Positions 1-9,428 of a stretch of 64,000 bases of DNA are shown here, one piece after another. The notes below the pieces were generated by a model. That model had not been told where the DNA came from. It searched no databases and worked only from the letters and a program-made list of their open reading frames with translations. Source of the stretch: an uncultured Chroococcidiopsis sp. (GTDB lineage: Bacteria; Cyanobacteriota; Cyanobacteriia; Cyanobacteriales; Chroococcidiopsidaceae); NCBI GenBank assembly GCA_964248365.1, contig CAXTYC010000004.1, positions 128,001 to 192,000 of the forward strand, read 5' to 3'. Every line of letters begins with the position of its first letter. The stretch's first letter is position 1. Both the position numbers and the translations under genes were made by a program.

Positions 1-103
1 AACGATCCACAAATGCGTAAAAAGCCTCTTGATCGTTCCGATGTTCATAGACATAAGCTCGTAATTCTGCCTCACTCATAGCATCAAAATTTGGTTTGGT
101 CAT
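1..103 (-). CDS. DUF6887-like small protein (3' end runs off the window)
   Basis: Manual translation from ATG at 103: MTKPNFDAMSEAELRAYVYEHRNDQEAFYAFVDR..., resembling the cyanobacterial DUF6887 family. Not in the ORF track. Confidence 0.7.
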   Translation of the reverse strand, partial: MTKPNFDAMSEAELRAYVYEHRNDQEAFYAFVDR

Positions 104-276
104 AGGAAGCGCCAATTTCCATCACGACTAACTAGGATTTCTATCTCTTTTCCAGATAGGATGAATATTTCTCCTGTGCGCTCATCCAGACGCAGTATGT
201 CTATTGACAAGTAGGCTGTTGTCAATGTTTGGCATAAGTAAACGCACTTTAGAGCTTGTTCTACTGTCGGAAGAAT
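100..276 (-). CDS. DUF6888-like small protein (~58 aa, non-canonical start)
   Basis: Manual translation ILPTVEQALKCVYLCQTLTTAYLSIDILRLDERTGEIFILSGKEIEILVSRDGNWRFL*. Its TGA overlaps the next ATG (ATGA, 100-103). No ATG/GTG/TTG lies between the upstream TAA (295-297) and the conserved-looking PTxEQA start, so ATT at 276 is a candidate start. Confidence 0.6.
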   Translation of the reverse strand: MLPTVEQALKCVYLCQTLTTAYLSIDILRLDERTGEIFILSGKEIEILVSRDGNWRFL

Positions 277-537
277 GTTTGCTGCTCTAGTGAATTAATT
301 ATTTTAATCTTACATCACTGTTTTATGACATTGATGAATAATTATCACCAAGGGTTGTTATTGCAAAATCAAGATTGGTTAGGTGTTTCGACAATAGCTA
401 TTTGGACATAAATCTTCGTTCGCAAATAGTGCGTTACGGCACTATAAGTTAAGTAATTGATAGTTCACCTATCATATTTGCAAGAGCGCACCCTACTGCC
501 GTGTTGCTCAAAAAAGTAAGACTCAATAGAAACTGAG

Positions 538-545
538 GCGATCGC
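538..545. repeat. HIP1 octamer GCGATCGC (example; many copies across the window)
   Basis: GCGATCGC at 538, 920, 1455 and many more sites, a hallmark of many cyanobacterial genomes. Confidence 0.95.
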
Positions 546-679
546 ACTCCCTCCACCACAGCGAGTCGCAACCACCCATCTATCCGCGCTAGCATGGTCA
601 TTGATTGTAAAAATAGTCGCTCTAAACAAAAAGCGATCGTGTTATAATCACCTGTTCCACACAAGTGCTAAAATACTCC

Positions 680-1183
680 ATGCCACCCAAAATTACAGAT
701 CCAGTCGCATGGCAGCAGGCTGAACTGCTGATGCAACCTGCTTTCATCCGAGTTATAGATCATATCCGTAAGCAACTTGACGAATCTGCTTGGAAGGGAA
801 CTTACGAGAATGTGCTGATTTGGCCAGAAGGGACAACAGAGGAAGCCAAAGCTAGGGTAACTGGGTTAGTGCAAGAATTGGAAGGTGCATCACCGGAAAA
901 AACAGCCCAAATTGAGCAGGCGATCGCCTCCTTACCTATTCCTCAACCAGGATATCAATTATCTTTGCAGCATGGAGATCAGCAATTTAGCTTTGATTTG
1001 TGGGAACTTTGCTATCAAGTTTGTTTTCGCCACTACAGCCCTGCATTGGCAGAATCACCTAATTATAAAGTTGAAATTGATACTAACCTGATTGATGAAA
1101 CTGGAGATGTAGACTGGCAGGTTCTCGATATTAAAGCAGAAAAGTTAGTTGAGCAGATATTTGCAAGCTTACCAAATGTTTAA
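680..1183 (+). CDS. conserved cyanobacterial hypothetical protein
   Basis: ORF 665-1183 with likely ATG at 680 (MPPKITDPVAWQQAELLMQPAFIRVIDHIRKQL...DLWELCYQVCF). Confidence 0.75.
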   Translation: MPPKITDPVAWQQAELLMQPAFIRVIDHIRKQLDESAWKGTYENVLIWPEGTTEEAKARVTGLVQELEGASPEKTAQIEQAIASLPIPQPGYQLSLQHGDQQFSFDLWELCYQVCFRHYSPALAESPNYKVEIDTNLIDETGDVDWQVLDIKAEKLVEQIFASLPNV

Positions 1184-1189
1184 TATCTA

Positions 1190-1276
1190 TTGGTAATTGG
1201 TAGTTGGTAGTTGGTAGTTGATAATTTCACCTATTACCCATTACCCATGACCTATTACCTATTACCCATTACCATA
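1190..1276. repeat. heptamer short tandem repeats (TTGGTAG / TTACCCA type), two oppositely oriented arrays
   Basis: ttggtaa-ttggtag-ttggtag... followed by ttaccca-ttaccca...ttaccta; STRR-like. Confidence 0.85.
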
Positions 1277-1321
1277 AATTGTTATAAATAGGCATTATTA
1301 GGGACTACAATTAAAAGTTCA

Positions 1322-2377
1322 ATGATTGAGCAATTGCAGGAAGTACAAGCAGCAGCAGGGGCGTTTTTTGCCGAAAGCAACGGGATAACAATTCCAGTTA
1401 ACTTTGGTAATGACTCAGAAGCTATGCAAGCAGTGCGGGAAGGGGTTGCTATATGCGATCGCTCCCACTGGGGGAAAATTCTAGTCTCTGATAGCGATCG
1501 CCTCCGGTTTCTGCACAATCAGAGTACAAACGATTTCCAGCGACTCCAACCAGGACAAGGCTGTGATACTGTTTTTGTAACGTCCACTGCACGTACGATT
1601 GACCTAGCAACAGCTTACGTGATGGAAGACGCAGTATTGCTGCTGGTTTCACCTAATCGGCGTAATTATATCATAGATTGGCTCGACCGCTACATCTTTT
1701 TTGCCGATCAAGTGAAATTGCAAGATGTAACAAGTGAGAGTGCCGTCTTTAGCTTAATTGGATCGAACAGTGACGCTATGTTAGAACAGCTAGGGGTGAA
1801 TACAATTATCGGACAACCACTAGCCACTCACCAGTTAATTCAGCTAGCAGATGTAGAAGTGCGTGTCGCTGTCGGTAGTGGTTTAGCTACACCTGGATAT
1901 ACGATTATTGTTCCAAAAGAGAAAGCAGCGACAGTTTGGAGTAAACTTGTAGAAACTGGGGCAGTACCATTAGGCGATCGCGTTTGGGAAGTGCTGCGAA
2001 TTGAACAAGGACGACCAGCTCCAGATCACGAACTCACTGAAGATTACAATCCCCTGGAAGCTGGCTTGTGGCAAACACTTTCTTTTGATAAAGGCTGCTA
2101 CATTGGTCAGGAAACCATTGCCCGTCTAAACACTTACAAAGGCGTAAAGCAATATCTTTGGGGTATCCGCCTAGTTGCCCCAGCCGAACCAGGTAGTGTA
2201 ATTACAGTCAAAGAGGAAAAAGTCGGAAAGCTTACCAGCGCAATAGAAACTGAAAACGGTTTCTTTGGGCTAGGATACATCCGTACCAAAGCTGGCGGTG
2301 CTGGTTTAAAAGTACAGGTAGGAGAAACGACAGGCGAAGTCGTTGATGTACCCTTTTTAACTCGTGAGGAAACATAG
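1322..2377 (+). CDS. ygfZ: folate-binding protein YgfZ / GcvT family
   Basis: KGCYIGQETIAR signature and GcvT-like N-terminus. Confidence 0.92.
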   Translation: MIEQLQEVQAAAGAFFAESNGITIPVNFGNDSEAMQAVREGVAICDRSHWGKILVSDSDRLRFLHNQSTNDFQRLQPGQGCDTVFVTSTARTIDLATAYVMEDAVLLLVSPNRRNYIIDWLDRYIFFADQVKLQDVTSESAVFSLIGSNSDAMLEQLGVNTIIGQPLATHQLIQLADVEVRVAVGSGLATPGYTIIVPKEKAATVWSKLVETGAVPLGDRVWEVLRIEQGRPAPDHELTEDYNPLEAGLWQTLSFDKGCYIGQETIARLNTYKGVKQYLWGIRLVAPAEPGSVITVKEEKVGKLTSAIETENGFFGLGYIRTKAGGAGLKVQVGETTGEVVDVPFLTREET

Positions 2378-2405
2378 TTTACTCATTGAGGCAGCAGAGG
2401 GGCAG

Positions 2406-2476
2406 GGGGAACTCGATCTTCCCCTCTGGGGAACTCGCTCTTCACTCGCGTAGTGGGGATTAGGGGCAAGGGGGGA
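2406..2476 (+). repeat. small dispersed repeat GGGGAACTCGATCTTCCCCTCTGGGGA, here followed by a degenerate tandem copy
   Basis: The same element occurs at ~17270-17317 (-) and ~23830-23876 (+), each time inside GC-rich heptamer arrays. Confidence 0.8.
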
Positions 2477-2582
2477 GAGAGGGGCAGGGGGGCAGAGGAG
2501 AAAATTCAATCTCTTATCCCTGATCCAAAATCTAAAATCTAAAATCCCCTAGCCACTGGTTCCACTAGCCCCTAGCCCCTCT

Positions 2583-2879
2583 CTAGGGGTGAAACTTGTG
2601 ATAAAGCATGGCGGCGATCGCCACTCCGCCCAGTAGATGTCTTTCTACCACTGCTGGCACTTCAGCAGGGTGAACGCGACAATACCATACCTGATCGGGA
2701 AGAATTTTTACCATAGGTCCCATGCCACATTGTCCCATGCAGCTACTGGCGATCGCTGTAACACCTGGAACTGAGTGCGCCTGAAAAGCTGCTAAGACTT
2801 TAGCCGCCCCTTGCTTGCGGCAAGTGCGATGCTGACAAACCAACACACATCTAGCAGGTAGATTGTAGTTCTCTTGCAA
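2583..2879 (-). CDS. thioredoxin-like [2Fe-2S] ferredoxin
   Basis: VLVCQHRTC...SSCMGQCGMGPMV...WY...HL pattern. Confidence 0.88.
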   Translation of the reverse strand: MQENYNLPARCVLVCQHRTCRKQGAAKVLAAFQAHSVPGVTAIASSCMGQCGMGPMVKILPDQVWYCRVHPAEVPAVVERHLLGGVAIAAMLYHKFHP

Positions 2880-3100
2880 AAACGACTGATAATTTAAACG
2901 CGACTAATCCAAGTACAGCATAGCGCATACTCAGATGATTAGACTTGTACAAGAGGGGCTAGGGACTAGGGGCTAGAGGTTAGAAAAAGGGACTCGGGAC
3001 TCGGGAAATTGATGATTTTCTCCTCTGCCCCCCTGCCCCCCTGCTCCCCTGCCCCTTGCGCCCCTTGCCCCTGAAGCCTCCCTGCTCCTTCTGCTCCCGA

Positions 3101-4399
3101 TCACCCCCTCACACCCTCACCCCTTCCCTGGTGAGCGTGGGCGGTTTGTAAGGCTTTGACCAACTGAGCAAAAGCAGACTCAAGTTGAGCGCCAGGATCG
3201 GCGACTACCCAGCCAGAGGCAGTCAGTTGTCGGGTTTCAAAGTGGAGGTGGGGACCAGTAGAGTTACCAGTACTACCAACACGACCGATGACAGTTCCCT
3301 GCTCAACCCATTCTCCTGGTTCGACAAAGATTTCCGAAAGGTGTCCGTAAAGAGTTTGTTGAGTAGATTTATTGTGGTTAAGAACGACTGTTAAACCATA
3401 CCCACCCATATAGTCAGCGACTTCTACAATACCTGGGTAAGCTGCCAAAACTGGTGTACCTAGAGGCGCACCCAAGTCAGTACCAGTATGGAAGCGACGA
3501 TCTCCTGTAATTGGGTGTATCCTCCAACCAAATAATGAGGTAATCGGCGCAGGAATAGTGAGGGGAAACATCAAGCCCTTAATTGCACTTCCTGACTGCC
3601 CAGTTGGTTGAAAGCTAGGATAGTAACTTAAAACACTTCGGTTATGGGAATTAGTGGCAACACGAAAGCCACTAGAACTAATACTAATAGGACCTACCTG
3701 TATTGGCCTAATGCCCGATTTAGCAATAAATGTATTTCTATTTCTATTAAACTCGCTACTTGATTGAGAACGAGCCAGCCGTGCAATTCGTAGCGATCGC
3801 CCAATGGATCGGTTGCAAATACTACCTGAAAGCCCTGCTTGCACCACAGCTTTACAACCTGTTAATCTTTCAGAAAGAATAACTGACTTAGGTGCTTCGT
3901 AACCTGTAGTAGCTCCAATTTTATATTCAGTGGGGTCAATATAAGCACCGCTGTTGTCTGTTGCCGAATTGGAGTTAGCTTTTACCAAACGCCTAGTAGT
4001 AGGTGCTTTGAGTGAACTGTTTAAATTAGTTTGCCCCACTACAACCGGACGAATTCTAGTAGTAGGTGCTTTGAGAGGACTGTTTAAATTGATTTGTCGC
4101 ACTACAACCGGACGAACCTCAGCCAGATTTACTCGGTTTGAGCGCAGCTTTTGTCTGAGTCTTTGCCATCTTGCCCCAGTTGCATTAGGCAGAGAATTTG
4201 CGCTCGGTGTAGCCGCAGTAGCTTCAGGTTGTGTGGGGCTATTGGTGGGAATAAAATTATCTATTGCCGCCTCCTGTGCCAAAACTAGGTTGCTACCTAG
4301 CAGGCTAAAAATGCCAATGCAACTGATGCTTTTTAGTAGCACAGAGCGCAACCAGAAGCGGCTTAAAGGCGTGTATGTAAAGTTGGTACGTTGAGTCAT
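3101..4399 (-). CDS. M23 family metallopeptidase with signal peptide
   Basis: HTGTDLG, YGHL and STGPHLHFE motifs; N-terminal signal-like segment. Confidence 0.92.
   Translation of the reverse strand: MTQRTNFTYTPLSRFWLRSVLLKSISCIGIFSLLGSNLVLAQEAAIDNFIPTNSPTQPEATAATPSANSLPNATGARWQRLRQKLRSNRVNLAEVRPVVVRQINLNSPLKAPTTRIRPVVVGQTNLNSSLKAPTTRRLVKANSNSATDNSGAYIDPTEYKIGATTGYEAPKSVILSERLTGCKAVVQAGLSGSICNRSIGRSLRIARLARSQSSSEFNRNRNTFIAKSGIRPIQVGPISISSSGFRVATNSHNRSVLSYYPSFQPTGQSGSAIKGLMFPLTIPAPITSLFGWRIHPITGDRRFHTGTDLGAPLGTPVLAAYPGIVEVADYMGGYGLTVVLNHNKSTQQTLYGHLSEIFVEPGEWVEQGTVIGRVGSTGNSTGPHLHFETRQLTASGWVVADPGAQLESAFAQLVKALQTAHAHQGRGEGVRG
3993..4116. repeat. 63-bp in-frame tandem duplication in the M23 gene
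   Basis: Units start at 3993 and 4056 and encode RPVVV(R/G)Q(I/T)NLNS(P/S)LKAPTTR twice. Confidence 0.9.
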
Positions 4400-4491
4400 T
4401 ACTTATATTGTGGGTAATTTCTAATTTGCTGCTTGGGCAATTTTAAGCGTTTGTACTGTAAAACTCAAATATTTTTACTTAAGCCCAACAA

Positions 4492-5343
4492 TCAGTCCTC
4501 ATAACCTAGAGTAATTGCACCGGGCTTGAGGTAGATTTCTTGCATTTTAGTATATTCACAGTCGTCGGTACCAATACGTACTTGTAATTCTCCGTAAGCA
4601 TTGACACCTACAACTATGCCAGCACGACCATCAACCCAGACTTGTTTACCTATACTGGTCAGTAGCTGGTGGTAGTACGGCAATATCGCGTCTACTCCGG
4701 CTTGTGAACACACTTGATAACCGGATGCTATTCCTAGTATTGTGACAACAGCTAGCATTTCTAGGCTGGTAATCAAATGATTGGCTTGAAAGGATTGGAG
4801 ATTAATACCTGTTGGGGGAACTCGGTTAGCCCAGTTGATACCCACGCCCACCACTGCTAGAGTAATTTTTCCTTGCCGCACCTTGGTTTCGGTCAGAATG
4901 CCACCTAGTTTACGTTGCTCAAGGATTAAGTCATTAGGCCATTTTAGATTAACAGGAATGCCGCGATCGCGCAAATTCATGGCAATTCCCCAAGCACTAC
5001 TCAAAGTTAGCTGGTAGCTTTGTTGGGCTGGAAGAAGAGGTGCAAGTGCCATTGAAAGATACAATCCCCCAGCCTGGGAAGACCACTGACGACCCCATTG
5101 TCCGCGCCCAGCGGTTTGCTGCCTTGCTATGACTACAGTACCTGGTTTTGCTCCCGCATCCAAAAGCTGCCAAAGTTTTTGATTAGTAGAAGGCAAGGTG
5201 TCAAACAGATGAAGGCTAAAGGGCAGGTTCGTAGTCTGTGCAGGTTTTACCGTATCGATAGGACAATCGAAATTATCTACAAACCCGCCCCTACACCAGA
5301 CGGGTATTTCTGCAAGGATGGCTAATAATTTTTGTAGATTCAA
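4492..5343 (-). CDS. birA: biotin--[acetyl-CoA-carboxylase] ligase
   Basis: STN, QTAGRGQWGRQW, KWPND, KLGGIL and GVGIN motifs. Confidence 0.95.
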   Translation of the reverse strand: MNLQKLLAILAEIPVWCRGGFVDNFDCPIDTVKPAQTTNLPFSLHLFDTLPSTNQKLWQLLDAGAKPGTVVIARQQTAGRGQWGRQWSSQAGGLYLSMALAPLLPAQQSYQLTLSSAWGIAMNLRDRGIPVNLKWPNDLILEQRKLGGILTETKVRQGKITLAVVGVGINWANRVPPTGINLQSFQANHLITSLEMLAVVTILGIASGYQVCSQAGVDAILPYYHQLLTSIGKQVWVDGRAGIVVGVNAYGELQVRIGTDDCEYTKMQEIYLKPGAITLGYED

Positions 5344-5411
5344 TCACCGATACCAATTTTAGTTGCTCAGGTTAACATGAATTGACACTTTATTTTTGCT
5401 TGTTTTGTCCC

Positions 5412-6242
5412 ATGCATAGTTGGCATTGGCGTACTTGGTCAGGATTGCCCTACCTAACTTGTAGCATTTTAGATCCTTGGTCTCATGGCTTTTTCACCAG
5501 ACAGTTTTCGCCACGTTCACCAGAGGAATTGACTCAGGTACTACAAAAAGCAGCCTCTGTTTATCGTCTCAAACAGGTACACGGTAATATTGTCCTCTCC
5601 CCTTCCGAAGTCAGAACAGAGCTGGGGGAGCTGGGGGAGAAAAGCCTTTCGCCACTAGCCACTAGCCTACCGGTTCCACTAGCCACTGCCTTAGCAGAAG
5701 CAGATGGTTTAATTACCCAACAGCCAGAACAAGCGGTATGGGTGGCGAGTGCTGATTGTACACCTGTTCTGCTTGCTGACTCGAAAACTGGAATTGTGGC
5801 GGCTGTTCATGCGGGATGGAGAGGAACGGCATTGAAAATTGTGCCAATTGCGATCGCCCGTCTGCTTGCCTGTGGTAGCCAAATTCAAAACTTGCGTATT
5901 GCTCTAGGACCTGCGATCGCAGGTGAGGTATACCAGGTATCAACGATGGTAGCGTCCCAGGTGGGAGCGAGTATTTTTCCAGATCAACAGACAGAATCGA
6001 TCTTGGATAGTTTACAACAATTGCCTGATTCCCCGATTTTGCCAGATCCTCACCAGGAACGAGTGCGGTTGGATATCCGACGAGTAATTGCCTTACAGCT
6101 TGAACAACTAGGTGTTAGTCCTGAACAAGTGGCGATCGCGCCTTATTGTACGTACCAACAACCAGACTATTTCTTTTCTTACCGCCGCGACAAACTTAAA
6201 CAAGTTCAGTGGTCAGGTATTGTTAGTATAAATGCTGGTTAA
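5412..6242 (+). CDS. pgeF: peptidoglycan editing factor PgeF (YfiH/laccase-domain)
   Basis: QVHG, ADCTPVL, HAGWRG, GPAI and FFSYRR motifs. ORF from 5382, likely ATG at 5412. Confidence 0.92.
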   Translation: MHSWHWRTWSGLPYLTCSILDPWSHGFFTRQFSPRSPEELTQVLQKAASVYRLKQVHGNIVLSPSEVRTELGELGEKSLSPLATSLPVPLATALAEADGLITQQPEQAVWVASADCTPVLLADSKTGIVAAVHAGWRGTALKIVPIAIARLLACGSQIQNLRIALGPAIAGEVYQVSTMVASQVGASIFPDQQTESILDSLQQLPDSPILPDPHQERVRLDIRRVIALQLEQLGVSPEQVAIAPYCTYQQPDYFFSYRRDKLKQVQWSGIVSINAG

Positions 6243-6550
6243 ACTACTGCTTTTGAGCAAAAATATAATTTTTCTTTGCAATTCTTACTATAGTTTACCG
6301 ATTGTAGACATAAAAATGTAGTATAATTATATGCTATTTCAGGCAGTCAGTTGCATATTGTAATTTTACCTAAGTAATTTAGTCTGAATAAGAAGTTGCG
6401 GTAAATTTTTCAGTGAAATCACCCTTGGGAAAAAAGTGTGTGGTGACTAATTTTAGTTTGTACGTTTTGTCGTGTTTGTTTAACTTGAGAAGCGATTAAA
6501 AGCTCTTTTGCAAAACATGACCTCCTCCACACACACACAAATTAAAAATT

Positions 6551-7582
6551 ATGTCCTCATTCACACCAGCTAAAAAAGTTTGCCGTATTGAAGCAACGGT
6601 TGGGTCAATCATCTTAACAGGTATAATGAGCCTACAAACCTATGCTCAGCCAAACAGCAACAGCGGTAAATCTTCGCAAATCGCAAGCAACTCAACAAGC
6701 CCAAAAATTATATACGTCAATCCGAGTTCTGGTAATAATGCACCTAATGCAGGTATCAGCGAAACCAGTCCCTTAAATACAATTACTTATGCTTTACAAC
6801 AAGCATCACCTGGAACTATAATTAAGCTTGCTTCTGGCAATTACTCCACACAAAGCGGCGAAGTTTTCCCACTTGTACTTAAACAAGGTGTCATACTCCA
6901 AGGTGATGAATCCACCAGAGGCGAGAATGTAGTAATTAATGGTGGTGGTCGCTATATTAGTCCAACTTTTGCCCGTCAGAATGTTACAGTTATAGCCGAG
7001 AAAGATAGTACTATTAGCGGTGTCAGTATTAGCAATCCGAATAGGCGCGGTACGGCACTATGGATTGAATCTACTAATCCTATTGTCAAGAATAATACTT
7101 TTGCTCAAAGTAACAGAGAAGGCATTTTTGTCACGGGAAAAGCTGCCCCTGTTATTGTATCCAATATATTTACTAAAAATGGTGGTAATGGCATTTCTGT
7201 TGCTAATTCAGCAACTGGAGAAATTCGCCACAATCTGTTTCAAAACACGGGGTTTGGTTTAGCGATTGGTGGTACTTCCAAACCCCAAATTATAGAAAAT
7301 AAAATTATTCAAAACCGAGATGGTTTGTTTATCTCAGAAGATGCCCATCCGATGCTACGTAATAATGTAATTGAGAAAAACGTGCGTGATGGTATTGTAA
7401 TTGCTGCCTGCGCCCAAGCTCAACCGGATCTAGGAACGGTGGAAAGTTTCGGTGGTAATGTCTTCAACAATAACGGTCAATATGATATTTACAGTAGTGG
7501 AGCTAATTCGTTGGTGATGAATGGCAATCAGCTAGATCCTAACCGTGTAATGGAACAACATCAATATCAATGCGGCTTTTAG
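6551..7582 (+). CDS. secreted DUF1565 / right-handed beta-helix protein
   Basis: Signal-like N-terminus, IYVNP..G, TITYAL, GEVFPL, SPTFARQNVT, then parallel beta-helix repeats. Confidence 0.85.
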   Translation: MSSFTPAKKVCRIEATVGSIILTGIMSLQTYAQPNSNSGKSSQIASNSTSPKIIYVNPSSGNNAPNAGISETSPLNTITYALQQASPGTIIKLASGNYSTQSGEVFPLVLKQGVILQGDESTRGENVVINGGGRYISPTFARQNVTVIAEKDSTISGVSISNPNRRGTALWIESTNPIVKNNTFAQSNREGIFVTGKAAPVIVSNIFTKNGGNGISVANSATGEIRHNLFQNTGFGLAIGGTSKPQIIENKIIQNRDGLFISEDAHPMLRNNVIEKNVRDGIVIAACAQAQPDLGTVESFGGNVFNNNGQYDIYSSGANSLVMNGNQLDPNRVMEQHQYQCGF

Positions 7583-7618
7583 GCGATCGCGCTTTTAACG
7601 CTCCTCATTGCCTATTCC

Positions 7619-7647
7619 CTTGTTACTAGGCTAAGCCTGGTAACAAG
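7619..7647. repeat. REP-like palindrome family CT(C/T)GTT(A/C)C(C/T)AGGCT.AGCCTGG.AAC(G/A)AG
   Basis: Related copies at ~30673-30722, ~38342-38370, ~46811-46860 and ~61733-61761. Confidence 0.75.
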
Positions 7648-7790
7648 TTTTTATCAGTTATCAGTGACTACTTTACCTTTCTCTCGCAATATCTCACTTT
7701 CTAGTCACTGGTATCTGTTTATGGTAGTTGGTAACTGGTAACTGATTTTTTAGTTGTGAGAAAATACTGAAATTAGTGTTGATTTATTTA

Positions 7791-8903
7791 CTATTTTTGT
7801 GTAAGATAACAATGGCAATCAGGCTTTTCAATTAAGGATTCAACTAAGGCATTTAAAGCTTGTGCCGCTAATAAACCACCGCCCATAGTGCCTAGGGTGG
7901 TGATAAAAGGAACACCAGAACGCATTAATCGCCGCTTGGCAGCGGGAGCATGGCTAAAACCAATTGGCATCCCGATAATTAAGGCTGGTTGCAATTGCCC
8001 ACTCTCAACAGCGTCACAAGCTGCCATAAGTATAGATGGGGCATATCCCACTACTAAAATACAGTCATTAGGCAGGTGTTGCAGTTGTTGTTTCCACTGG
8101 CACTGATGCCAAAAAGCTTGCTCTGCTTCGGCGGCACTGGTAATATGAGGGTCAGCAATTAAGACTTTGACTGAACAACCCAAATGAGCTAATCTGCTAC
8201 GATCGAGGGCAGCAACGACGGGGGGAACATCGCCGATGATTTCACAACTAGCACTCAAGGCGTTACGGGAAGTTGCGATCGCATCTTTACTCAACTGCAC
8301 AAAATTAACTAAACTGACATCGCCACAAGCTAGCACCAGTTTTGAAAGCAAGTCTACTTCTATCTCAGAACGATCAGATAGATCTGGTAATAACTGTTGC
8401 AACGATTCCTCAAACTCTTCGGGATGGGCGACAGTTGCAGCATCCCAATTCTCCCACAGCTTTTCTAACTGCCCTAATCCGTCTTGGGTTTCTGCTTCTA
8501 ATCGTCGCAGCTGGGCGATCGCGTGTTCTTGCAAATTTTGACACGAGCGATCGCGTCCTAGCAATCCTTCCAATGCAGCAGCTGTTTGTCGCAACCTTGC
8601 TAACTGTTGCATCACCGATTGGTAATGTTGGTGTAAGCCAGTCAAACTATTAGCTTGGGTTGCTGAATTTTCTAGTAATTGCCGAATATGAGATAATTGA
8701 AATCCTTGTTGTTTGAGCAATACAATGCGACGTAACTGTTGTACATCCTGCTGCGTATAGAGACGATAATTACTGTGCGATCGCGCTGGCTGAGGCAGTA
8801 AGCCGAGTTTATGATAATGCCGCACCATTCTAGGAGTACAACCCCCACCCACTGCATCAGTGAGTTCTTTAATTGTTAGGTATTCACCAGCCAATATCAC
8901 CAT
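7791..8903 (-). CDS. coaR: MerR-family regulator fused to a precorrin-8X methylmutase domain (cobalt sensor CoaR/CorR)
   Basis: MerR HTH (TPRMVRHYH...YRLY), CbiC/CobH-like domain (VGYAPS, IGMPIGF) and C-terminal CHC motif; divergent from a P1B-4 ATPase. Confidence 0.92.
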   Translation of the reverse strand: MVILAGEYLTIKELTDAVGGGCTPRMVRHYHKLGLLPQPARSHSNYRLYTQQDVQQLRRIVLLKQQGFQLSHIRQLLENSATQANSLTGLHQHYQSVMQQLARLRQTAAALEGLLGRDRSCQNLQEHAIAQLRRLEAETQDGLGQLEKLWENWDAATVAHPEEFEESLQQLLPDLSDRSEIEVDLLSKLVLACGDVSLVNFVQLSKDAIATSRNALSASCEIIGDVPPVVAALDRSRLAHLGCSVKVLIADPHITSAAEAEQAFWHQCQWKQQLQHLPNDCILVVGYAPSILMAACDAVESGQLQPALIIGMPIGFSHAPAAKRRLMRSGVPFITTLGTMGGGLLAAQALNALVESLIEKPDCHCYLTQK

Positions 8904-8918
8904 AATTGTATTTTTTAT

Positions 8919-9338
8919 TTATCTACTATCTAAATCTTGTAAATAATTCTCTAATTCTTTTGTCCGTTTTTCTGTCATCCCAGCTAAGCAAGAAGTGCCA
9001 GTAGGGTTTGCCATTGTCCCACCTTCAAATTGTCCTCTTTCATAATCACAATTTGCATCTCTAAACTTAATCCAAGCTAGTTGTGCTAGGGTGATTCTTT
9101 ACTTTTGATTACCACTTAATTTTGATTGTAACTGGCGATAAACTTGATTGAGTTTGCGATCGGCTGCCTTATATTCTTGATCTGCACAAATATTCATCTC
9201 TACTGTTGTCTGAGGACTAGCACAGTTGACTTTTTCAGCTATCTGTTGCTCATCTTGTGCCAAGATAGGTAAGCTAGGAGCGCTAAATAGTGGTAGTAAA
9301 AGTGCTGAAGAAATTATCAAACGTAGATCGAACGCCAT
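8919..9338 (-). pseudogene. LprI/DUF1311 (lysozyme inhibitor-like) secreted protein with an in-frame nonsense codon
   Basis: After TAA at 9099-9101 the same frame continues RITLAQLAWIKFRDANCDYERGQFEGGTMANPTGTSCLAGMTEKRTKELENYLQDLDSR* to 8919, completing a 4-Cys LprI domain. Confidence 0.85.
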
Positions 9339-9428
9339 AAATTATACTTAATTAATTGCTCTTTACTTAAGAGCAGTTTGCAAATTAATTTGTGCGCTTT
9401 GTAGCGAAAGTCCTCAAAACAAGACTAA

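Noticed and set aside
449..664. 71-aa minus-strand ORF
   Set aside because: No recognisable motif. It overlaps the probable promoter of the 680 gene and a REP remnant.
6519..6540. CCTCCTCCACACACACAC resembling the Yfr1 sRNA motif
   Set aside because: It does not match ACTCCTCACAC, lacks flanking hairpins, and sits directly in a 5' leader.
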